DNA from: Rickettsiaceae bacterium
GTDB taxonomy: Bacteria; Pseudomonadota; Alphaproteobacteria; Rickettsiales; Rickettsiaceae
Reading direction: 5' to 3'
Length of the DNA: 28,040 nt
Assembly (NCBI GenBank): GCA_033762035.1
Contig: JANRMA010000116.1
Span: forward strand, 1 to 28,040
Every line of letters starts with the position of its first letter. Within the stretch, counting starts at the first letter, position 1. Below, piece by piece: positions 1 to 7,436 of the stretch. The notes beneath the pieces were generated by a model. It was given only the letters and a program-made list of their open reading frames with translations, had not been told where the DNA came from and did no database searches. The position numbers and the translations under genes were made by a program.

Positions 1-80
1 AGATTCCCTCTTTCGAGGGAATGACACATTATGTCACCCCCTTGAAAAAGTGGGCGAAGGAAATATTTATTCTAGATCCG
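1..80 (-). repeat. Palindromic REP-like repeat array 0 (A copy truncated by the window start, plus a B copy), inverted relative to arrays 1 and 2
   Basis: The minus strand of 1-26 reads TGTCA-TTCCC-TC-GAAA-GA-GGGAA-TCT (type A). The plus strand of 32-59 reads TGTCA-CCCCC-TT-GAAA-AA-GTGGG-CGAAG (type B). A 12-bp spacer (60-71) matches 6927-6938 in reverse complement. The array lies just 3' of addA. Confidence 0.9.
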
Positions 81-91
81 CACAGCAAATA

Positions 92-3000
92 TCACACCTT
101 CAGCTCTTCAAATTGATTATCCCTAAGCCAATATATATAAATTCTAACATTTGAGTCTGGATATATTATCTCTAAAGCTTGTTTATATTCATTCATCTGC
201 ACTTCATAATCTGCTTTTTTCTCTCTATCACCATCGGATTTATAATCTACTATATTTATCTCATTTGCATCCTTATTAAATGACACAAAATCAAGCCTTT
301 TGATTTGAAATCCATCTCCTGTATCATCTGATATCGCAATTTCTAACTCTGCTTCATTATTAAACCTGCCCAGATAATTTAAGAACTCGTTTTGCTCGCA
401 TTGAAATAATATGTTTCTAACCGATATTCTATCCTCCGCAGAAAGATTTTTAAGAAATTTATCAGTAAGTATTTGGGTAAAATTTTGCCCAGTTTGCATA
501 TAAATTTCTAATGCCTTGTGCAGTATTTCTCCTATAATAGTACTTTTATTGTTAAAATCGTAAAAAACCTTTTCTGCGCAATTGTCATATTTTGCGTTTA
601 GAGAATTAGGATTTATACTCACTATTTCATTCCCGTCATCTTTAAGGGGAGTTATTACATCTTCGGTATTTTGCGTCTCAATATTTTCACCCATTTTATG
701 GCTTTCTTTAAAATACTTAAGTAAAGAAAAACTACCATCTTCTTGATGCTCCAAATCTGAGAGGTTATTTTCTAAACAAAGCTCATACCAACTTTTATAC
801 TTATTCTCTTTTTTAGACTCTATTCCAGCAATAATTAAATGATCCTGAGTTCTTGTAAGAGCAACATAAAGAAGCCGTAAATATTCCTGATAATTTTCTT
901 GAATCACATTCTCTTTGATTGCGTCAATTTTTTCGTGGCGTACTTTAGAGCTAAGCACTGGCACTAAACCTGCGCCAAGATTCATATGAATTATATTACA
1001 CTTAGAATAAATATTTAAGTCGTTACTATCTATTAAAATTACAATTGGAGCCTCAAGCCCTTTTGCGCCATGAATAGTGGTGATTTTTATACTATCTAGA
1101 TGGGAAAAATCTCTTTTAACAGATATATCAGCTATTTCTAACAATAGAATAATATCGTTTATCCCAAGGGAAGGGTCTTCTGTAAATATCATTCTTATTT
1201 CATGTAAAAAGGCTTTTAGAGCATCAAGCTGCTCTTCATCTTCGCGAAGCCTATTTAATATATGAAAACTTTGTATAATATTTAAAAAAAACTCACTTTT
1301 ATCAGAATTTTCATAAATTAATTCTATAGATTTAAGTTTTTTTGATATAATACTATCTGACGCAATAATTGACTTATACCAATTTTTTTGACTTTTAAGA
1401 TAATATATATCTTCATCGCCCATATCAAATAAATGCGACTTTAAAAGACATGCGAGGTTCAAATTATCAGCAGGATCTATAATAAATTTTGCAACAGAAA
1501 TTAAGTCTCTTACAACTAAAGATTTACTTAAATATAACCTATCTAGCCCTGATATATTAATATTTTGCTTTAAAATTTCTTTATATAGCTCAAAATTCAA
1601 TGAAGATCTTTTTTGAACCAAAATCATAATATCTTCTGGTCTGACGCATCTTTTTTTACTGTCTAGATATATTTTATCATCAAGTAATTTCTTTATATAA
1701 ATAGCTGTTTTTTTAGCTAAAATTTGCTTAGGATTTTCTTGAGTAAAATACTCGCTAGATTCATTATTTTCAGCCGCCCGAATTGATTGTAACTCTTTAA
1801 GTTTTGAAGGATTTGGCCAAAATAAATCCTCTTTTTCTGTAGATTTAACTAACGGCCATATAGTAACAGAAGCATTTACATCTTGATTGCTACATTCTAA
1901 CATTCTAACTTGCTCTATTAAATCCACTTTACTAAAAATATTATACACGAAGTTAAATATTAACTTTGGCAATCTGTAGGTTTTTTCTAGATTACATTCT
2001 ACAAAATTAGCTTTGCTTTCTAATGCCTTGTTTTTTATGTAATTTTTTGCTTCTAGAAATAAGTCCGGCCTCGCTCCCTGAAAACTATAAATAGACTGTT
2101 TTACGTCCCCTACTACAAATATTGTCTTTTGTAGATTGCTATTAGCATTTACTTCATTGGCAAAAAAATCCTCTAGTAATGAGATTATAATATTCCATTG
2201 TTCTTGGCTTGTATCCTGGGATTCATCTACTAATATATGGTTAATCCCGCCATCTAATTTATATTTAATCCATTCTTTAATATCCGAATTACATAATAAA
2301 TTATATGCATAGTGAATTAAATCTTGATAATCAAGTAAGTTATTAATTTCTTTATAGTTTTTATATTCAGAAAATATAAAATTCGCAAGCCTCAATACTG
2401 ATACGTTAATCGCAAGTGCATTATTAAGATCTTGCGCGCTTGAAATTTCATATATATATTCTTGAATTTTGTATAAAACCTCTTCTGTGCGGGTAAGAAG
2501 ATTTTGTAAATCCTTTTTTGGTATTATTTTTTTTCTCTTTTGGCTGGTTTTTGTTAGAAAAAAAGATCTTACGTCTAGGTTAATAAATATTAAATCAAAA
2601 TTACTTGGTAAATTTTCAGAATAAAGCAAATTTAATTCCCTAAATTGCCGCAAAATACCTTGATTTTCTTGTATAATTTGATATAATTTTTGCCTCAACA
2701 TCTCTATTTCTTGCGTGCTTCTAGCGCCCAGCTCGCTCTTAAGTAATATATCAACAGCCTCTATAGAATTTTCGCTCAAATCAAGGCCAGAATAATAATG
2801 AGCTAATTCTTCTGTTATTTCTTTTAAACTATATAAAGATAAATTATTTTGCAGAACTTCATCGATATATATAGTAGTTTTTTGCGATAATAAAGTTTTT
2901 GCGATAAACCTGGATGCGCTAGTTTCGTCTATTACTCTAAAATATGGCTTCAAACCAGCCTCTAGAGGAAATTTTTGTAGTAAACTTTGGCAAAAAGCAT

Positions 3001-3352
3001 GTATTGTATATATTGCTACCTCCCTTCCTTCTGAAATATATTTTTGATAGAAATTACGTATGCGCTCTAAGTCCTTGTTATTTATGGTTTTTTCAAAATT
3101 TTCTAAAAAAAATGCTCTTATTTCTTCGTCAGTCTGGCTCTTAAAACTCCTAAGTACATTATTGATTCTCGATAACATCTCCCCTTTTGCAGCCTTTGTA
3201 AAAGTAAGACATAAAATTGACTGAGGATCTACTCTCGATAAAAGAAGATTAATGATCCTGTTGGTAAGAAGGCGAGTTTTGCCTGTGCCCGCGGAGGCCG
3301 CAATCCACGCAGAATAGTCGCATGAGGTTGCGTATTTAAGCTCGTGTGTCAT
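92..3352 (-). CDS. addA: Double-strand break repair helicase/nuclease AddA (UvrD-type SF1 helicase plus C-terminal PD-(D/E)xK nuclease)
   Basis: 1086 aa. Walker A ASAGTGKT, CLTFTKAA, LVDESQDTS, VGDVKQSIYSFQGA, TIHGAKGLE and LLYVALTR are present. The C-terminal RLD...IVDYKS nuclease motif is present. Confidence 0.9.
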   Translation of the reverse strand: MTHELKYATSCDYSAWIAASAGTGKTRLLTNRIINLLLSRVDPQSILCLTFTKAAKGEMLSRINNVLRSFKSQTDEEIRAFFLENFEKTINNKDLERIRNFYQKYISEGREVAIYTIHAFCQSLLQKFPLEAGLKPYFRVIDETSASRFIAKTLLSQKTTIYIDEVLQNNLSLYSLKEITEELAHYYSGLDLSENSIEAVDILLKSELGARSTQEIEMLRQKLYQIIQENQGILRQFRELNLLYSENLPSNFDLIFINLDVRSFFLTKTSQKRKKIIPKKDLQNLLTRTEEVLYKIQEYIYEISSAQDLNNALAINVSVLRLANFIFSEYKNYKEINNLLDYQDLIHYAYNLLCNSDIKEWIKYKLDGGINHILVDESQDTSQEQWNIIISLLEDFFANEVNANSNLQKTIFVVGDVKQSIYSFQGARPDLFLEAKNYIKNKALESKANFVECNLEKTYRLPKLIFNFVYNIFSKVDLIEQVRMLECSNQDVNASVTIWPLVKSTEKEDLFWPNPSKLKELQSIRAAENNESSEYFTQENPKQILAKKTAIYIKKLLDDKIYLDSKKRCVRPEDIMILVQKRSSLNFELYKEILKQNINISGLDRLYLSKSLVVRDLISVAKFIIDPADNLNLACLLKSHLFDMGDEDIYYLKSQKNWYKSIIASDSIISKKLKSIELIYENSDKSEFFLNIIQSFHILNRLREDEEQLDALKAFLHEIRMIFTEDPSLGINDIILLLEIADISVKRDFSHLDSIKITTIHGAKGLEAPIVILIDSNDLNIYSKCNIIHMNLGAGLVPVLSSKVRHEKIDAIKENVIQENYQEYLRLLYVALTRTQDHLIIAGIESKKENKYKSWYELCLENNLSDLEHQEDGSFSLLKYFKESHKMGENIETQNTEDVITPLKDDGNEIVSINPNSLNAKYDNCAEKVFYDFNNKSTIIGEILHKALEIYMQTGQNFTQILTDKFLKNLSAEDRISVRNILFQCEQNEFLNYLGRFNNEAELEIAISDDTGDGFQIKRLDFVSFNKDANEINIVDYKSDGDREKKADYEVQMNEYKQALEIIYPDSNVRIYIYWLRDNQFEELKV

Positions 3353-3473
3353 GGATGCTATAATAGCTTTGTTGCATTGTTTTGTTAATAATTTCTGCCG
3401 AGTATTTTCTTGGCGCGTTTCTTTTTATTATAGCACAAACATTTAACCGGCGAAGAGTTTTTACAACCAAAAA

Positions 3474-3902
3474 TTATATATCATGTTTTGTCACAACATA
3501 TTCTGCGGGCTTTAGTGTAGACACATATTCTCCGTTACTTAAATCTCTTGCCACGCTTGAAATAGAAGGATTATGCCCGACGATGCAAATAGTAGCAAAG
3601 TCATCTTCAATTGACCATATAAATCTCTTAATTATCTCACTTGATTCGGTGTATAGTAATTCTTCCTGACGGAAAAAAGTATCTGGGAATTGCTCTAAAA
3701 GATATTTTGCAGTTCTAAATGCCCTGGGCGCATTAGATGAGATAATAAGATCTATCTCGAACTCAGACTTTAAAGCCAGCGCTGTTTCTCGTGCCTGCTC
3801 TTCTCCTGTTTTACTCAAAGCGCGATCAAAATCGCTAATAATGTTTCCATTGTCATCAAAATTAGGAGCATCCGCATGGCGCATTAATATTATGTTTCGC
3901 AC
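3474..3902 (-). CDS. sixA: SixA-like phosphohistidine phosphatase (histidine phosphatase superfamily)
   Basis: 142 aa with a GTG start. LMRHA...DFDRALSKTG, SSNAPRAFRTA and IVGHNP are SixA-type motifs. Confidence 0.8.
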   Translation of the reverse strand: MRNIILMRHADAPNFDDNGNIISDFDRALSKTGEEQARETALALKSEFEIDLIISSNAPRAFRTAKYLLEQFPDTFFRQEELLYTESSEIIKRFIWSIEDDFATICIVGHNPSISSVARDLSNGEYVSTLKPAEYVVTKHDI

Positions 3903-3973
3903 GTTTAGTTGATTTATAGTTGCTTATTACTTAATATTATAATAATATTTCATCCAAAACAAGAGATTTATGA

Positions 3974-4951
3974 ATGAAAAGTAAAAAAATAATCGCAAGA
4001 ATAGAGGCCGGATCTATGAGGCTTGATAAATATATCCGAATTTTATATCCAAATTTGACCCAAGGGATAATAGAAAAAATGCTACGTAAAAAAGATTTAA
4101 AAGTGAATAATAAATCACAAAAATCAAACTTTAGATTAAATAATGGGGATGAGATTGAAATTTACTTACCTTATATTCAAAATATAGCCCAGCCAAAAGA
4201 AGAGGAATTTGACTACAAATCCAAAATCTTAGCTCATAAACTATTAAATGATTACTGTATATTAAATGATGATAATATACTTGCAATTAACAAACCATCC
4301 GAACTTGCCTCTCAAGGAGGGACAAATCAGTTTATTTCTGTAGATAGTGCAATAAATTATCTAAATTCTTCTACTCAAGATACTATAAATTTTGGTTATC
4401 GTATTTGCCATAGATTAGACAAATCTACTTCTGGAGTGTTTTTAATTGCTAAAAGCCGCCTTGCTGCACAAAATCTTACGGAAGCCTTTAGAATGCACCA
4501 TATAAGTAAAACTTATGTAGCAATTTGTGACGGTATACCTAAAGAAAATTCTGGAATAATAGTGAATAAACTTAGTAAAAACGTTGCAAAAAAACTACAG
4601 TTTGTTACCAGCAGAGATGATTTACAAGGAGAAATAGCGGAAACTAAGTATCAACTAATTACCGCCTCAAAAGACAGATCTCTTATAAAATTTATGCCTA
4701 AAACAGGTAGGATGCATCAAATTAGAGTTCATGCACAATATTTAGGTTGCCCTATTTATGGAGATTTGAAATATAATATCAAAAAATCCAAGCAGGGGGA
4801 TACTCTAAGACTGATGCTTCATGCTTTAAATGTACAAATTCCCGAAGAAATAGTTGGCAAAAAATATAATATTAACGCAACATTACCAGATTACTTTGCA
4901 AAGGCAATTAATAAAGAATTTAAGTATTATGATATTAACGAATTATATTAA
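3974..4951 (+). CDS. rluC: RluA-family 23S rRNA pseudouridine synthase with N-terminal S4 domain (RluC-like)
   Basis: 325 aa. S4 motif MRLDKYI, INKPSELASQGG, catalytic HRLDKSTSG, TGRMHQIRVH and PIYGDLKY are present. RluC versus RluD is a judgement call. Confidence 0.8.
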   Translation: MKSKKIIARIEAGSMRLDKYIRILYPNLTQGIIEKMLRKKDLKVNNKSQKSNFRLNNGDEIEIYLPYIQNIAQPKEEEFDYKSKILAHKLLNDYCILNDDNILAINKPSELASQGGTNQFISVDSAINYLNSSTQDTINFGYRICHRLDKSTSGVFLIAKSRLAAQNLTEAFRMHHISKTYVAICDGIPKENSGIIVNKLSKNVAKKLQFVTSRDDLQGEIAETKYQLITASKDRSLIKFMPKTGRMHQIRVHAQYLGCPIYGDLKYNIKKSKQGDTLRLMLHALNVQIPEEIVGKKYNINATLPDYFAKAINKEFKYYDINELY

Positions 4952-5097
4952 TTAATTTACTTTCACAAAAAATATTAATGAAATTATTTTATATATTAGA
5001 AAGCTTTATTGAACATTACATATTTAATTTTATTATTAATGAACTTATAATAATATTTAATTAATATAGTGGACTTCATTCACCTCGATCTTCTTAT

Positions 5098-5294
5098 CGT
5101 CATTCCCACTCTCCCTCTGATTGTCATTCCTAAGCTGCGGCGGGAATCCAGAATAAATATCTCATGGACCCCCTTTTTCAAGGGGGTGACAAGTATGGAG
5201 TAGTCATTCTGGGGTGTCTTTATTTGTCATTCCCGCGAATGCGGGAATCCAGTCTTACTATTTCCTTCGCCACAATTTTGATTGGGGCGAAGGA
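5098..5294 (+). repeat. Palindromic REP-like repeat array 1 (linker, A, 12 bp, B, linker, A, 12 bp, fold-back hairpin)
   Basis: A copies at 5122-5151 and 5225-5252 (TGTCATTCCCGCGAATGCGGGAATCCAG). B copy at 5164-5191 (ATGGACCCCCTTTTTCAAGGGGGTGACA). 12-bp spacers at 5152-5163 and 5253-5264. Hairpin at 5263-5294. Confidence 0.92.
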
Positions 5295-5339
5295 TAAACA
5301 TTTTCATCCACCTCAAAGGAGGCTCTATGCGGATGGGTA

Positions 5340-6641
5340 TTATTTCATTATTGGGCACACTTCTTGCGTTGTATTCTCAATGAGTGCCATGCGAGCTTGC
5401 CTCGCTTTTTCACCCGCTGGTTCTGCGCCTAGTCCAATATCTGCGCCTGCGCCTATTAAAGCAGCTACTATAGATTCAGTCGACTCGCGCTCTTGAACCC
5501 ACGCTGCTCCAGGTACATAACCATTTATTATAAGATCCAACAATTCTTCTAGAGAGTTTGTTAGAGCAATAGAAAGGGCGGTGCGGCCACGAGAATCTTG
5601 AGCATTCACATCGGCACGCACTTCTATCAGAGCCTCTACTACTCTTGCATTTGTGTAATTTACTGCACGATGTAGAAGTGTATCTCCATACCTATCTTTA
5701 GCATTCACATCCGCACCCGCTTTTATCAGAGCCTCTGCTATACAACTATCATCTGAGCATGATACTGTAACATCTAGAAGTGTATTTCCAGGCCAATCTT
5801 TAGCATTCACATCCGCACCCGCTTTTATCAGAGCCTCTAATACTGTTTGATAATGCCTATCTTTTGCACTATGTAAAGGTATATTGCCAAGCCTATCTTT
5901 AGCATTAACATCTGCGTCCGCTTTTATCATAGCATCTACTACTTCTGCATTATTGAGAATTACTGCACGATGTAGAGGCGTCATTCCATCACTATCCTTA
6001 GCATTCACATCAGCGCCTAGATCTATAAGAGTCTTTACTTTAGTTGTATCAGTATTATATTTTAATGATTTTAATGCATGATCTAGAGGCGTATTGCTAC
6101 AATAATTTTTAGCATTCACATCAGCGCCTAGATCTATAAGAGTCTGTACTAGTATTGCTTCACTGCGCTCTGCTGCACGATGTAGAGGCGTATTGCCACG
6201 AGCATCTTTAGCATTCACATCGGCACCCGCTTTTATCAGAGTCTGCGATACTATTGCATGATCTAGAACTGCTGCATGATGTAGAGGCGTCATTCCATCA
6301 CTATCTTTAGCATTTACATCAGCGCCTAGATCTATAAGAACCAGTGCCATATCTATACGATCATACTCTAATGCAAAATGTAGAGGAGTACTGCCAGACT
6401 CATTTTTAGCATTTAAGTCAGAGCCCGCTATTAGCAATTGTTGTACGTCGTCAATATGCCCCTCTCTTGAGGCTTCAAATAATTGATTGTTTAGGTTTTG
6501 CTGAAAAGGATTAATTTGCTCTTCTGCAACTTCTTCTTGAGGAGTGTGGGCTCTATTTATTCCAGTATCGCCATTATTAATACCATTTTCTTCTAATGTA
6601 TTTAATGGCAAAAGAGCTTCATTATTATTATCATTTTCCAT
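5340..6641 (-). CDS. Ankyrin-repeat protein (about 10 repeats), candidate secreted effector (ank1)
   Basis: 433 aa. Repeated TPLHxA...LIxxGADVNAKD units follow an acidic, Asn-rich, low-complexity N-terminal leader. Confidence 0.92.
   Translation of the reverse strand: MENDNNNEALLPLNTLEENGINNGDTGINRAHTPQEEVAEEQINPFQQNLNNQLFEASREGHIDDVQQLLIAGSDLNAKNESGSTPLHFALEYDRIDMALVLIDLGADVNAKDSDGMTPLHHAAVLDHAIVSQTLIKAGADVNAKDARGNTPLHRAAERSEAILVQTLIDLGADVNAKNYCSNTPLDHALKSLKYNTDTTKVKTLIDLGADVNAKDSDGMTPLHRAVILNNAEVVDAMIKADADVNAKDRLGNIPLHSAKDRHYQTVLEALIKAGADVNAKDWPGNTLLDVTVSCSDDSCIAEALIKAGADVNAKDRYGDTLLHRAVNYTNARVVEALIEVRADVNAQDSRGRTALSIALTNSLEELLDLIINGYVPGAAWVQERESTESIVAALIGAGADIGLGAEPAGEKARQARMALIENTTQEVCPIMK
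5595..6420 (-). repeat. Intragenic approximately 99-bp tandem ankyrin DNA repeats
   Basis: GCATT(C/T/A)A junctions fall at 5602, 5701, 5803, 5902, 6001, 6112, 6211, 6310 and 6409 (periods 99, 102 and 111). 5694-5736 is identical to 5796-5838. 5964-6030 and 6273-6339 match at 64 of 67 positions. Confidence 0.9.
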
Positions 6642-6676
6642 AATTATCTACCTAAATTTAATATTTATTGATATAT

Positions 6677-6705
6677 CTTATAGCAATTATAATAAATGTT
6701 GTCAA
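6677..6705 (-). promoter_or_regulatory. Putative sigma70 promoter of ank1
   Basis: The minus strand reads TTGACA-N17-TATAAG with a TG extended -10 element, 36 bp upstream of the ATG. Confidence 0.5.
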
Positions 6706-6715
6706 GGAAATTTAT

Positions 6716-6999
6716 AGGGATCTAGAGTAAATATCTCTTTCGCCCTCTATTTTCAAGGGGGTGACAAGGCTTAGAGAGTCATTCCCACTCCTCATTGTCA
6801 TTCCCACGAAGGTGGGAATCCAGTCTTACTATTTAATGGACCCCCTTTTTCAAGGGGGTGACAAAAGGCAAATCTCTTATTCTCTGGCTCCCTCTCATTG
6901 TCATTCCCTCGAAAGAGGGAATCCAGAATAAATATTTCCTTCGCCCCCTTTTACAAGGGGGTGACACAATGCATCATACCCTCTAAAGTAGGAATCTAG
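6716..6999 (+). repeat. Palindromic REP-like repeat array 2 (three A/B doublets plus a terminal degenerate A)
   Basis: B copies at 6738-6766, 6836-6863 and 6939-6966. A copies at 6796-6823 and 6899-6926, with a degenerate copy at 6972-6999 and a remnant near 6716-6725. 12-bp spacers at 6726-6737, 6824-6835 and 6927-6938. Confidence 0.93.
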
Positions 7000-7042
7000 A
7001 AAAATGTTGAGGCGTTTTGATAAGAATTGATAATATAAAAAA

Positions 7043-7243
7043 TTAGTTATCCATTAATTTTTTTCTAACTAACTTTCTTCTTCTCCTTTCAGATTCTTGT
7101 TTTTTTCTTACTTTTTTTACTGAATCAGGTTCATAGAATCTAGACATTTTCATGTATCTAAAGACTAATTCTCTTTGCATTTTTCTTTTTAGGTTCCGAA
7201 TAGCTTGCTCTCCGTTGCCCGCATGTACTGATACTTGAATCAC
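7043..7243 (-). CDS. rpsU: 30S ribosomal protein S21
   Basis: 66 aa (MIQVSVHAGNGEQAIRNLKRKMQRE...RFYEPDSVKK). GTG start with an AGGAGGT Shine-Dalgarno at 7254-7260. Confidence 0.93.
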   Translation of the reverse strand: MIQVSVHAGNGEQAIRNLKRKMQRELVFRYMKMSRFYEPDSVKKVRKKQESERRRRKLVRKKLMDN

Positions 7244-7288
7244 TACTGAATTTACCTCCTTTAGGTGTTTTTCGAAGTTGAACTTAAA

Positions 7289-7317
7289 TTATTACAGATA
7301 AATTATTATTCTGTCAA
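7289..7317 (-). promoter_or_regulatory. Putative sigma70 promoter of rpsU
   Basis: The minus strand reads TTGACA-N17-TAATAA. Confidence 0.5.
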
Positions 7318-7375
7318 GCAATAATGTACGTAGCTATAGGGCAACATCCAAAATCCTAGGCAAAAAATTTCTAAT

Positions 7376-7404
7376 TTGCGCAAAAAGAGATAATAGTATA
7401 AAAT
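7376..7404 (+). promoter_or_regulatory. Putative sigma70 promoter of comEC (divergent from rpsU)
   Basis: TTGCGC-N17-TAAAAT, 32 bp upstream of the TTG start. Confidence 0.4.
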
Positions 7405-7436
7405 CCCGCATTATTTAATTTTATTCTGTTAAATCT

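Noticed and set aside
92-3352. addA without adjacent addB as an orphan helicase
   Set aside because: To my knowledge, split addA and addB loci occur in Rickettsiaceae, and addB may lie elsewhere. Not evidence of novelty.
5164-5496. 110-aa plus-strand ORF (MDPLFQGGDK...LSFPRMRESS)
   Set aside because: Its ATG and first half are translation through repeat array 1, and the rest is antisense to ank1. No independent coding evidence.
6796-6863. Xer/dif site interpretation (28-bp units)
   Set aside because: The length matches, but there is no XerD arm (TTATGTTAAAT-like) or 11-6-11 layout. The units are GC-rich hairpins.
5098-6999. CRISPR array interpretation of the repeats with 29-35-bp variable linkers
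   Set aside because: The linkers are related to each other and contain repeat half-sites. The repeats alternate in two types and orientations, and there are no cas genes in the window.
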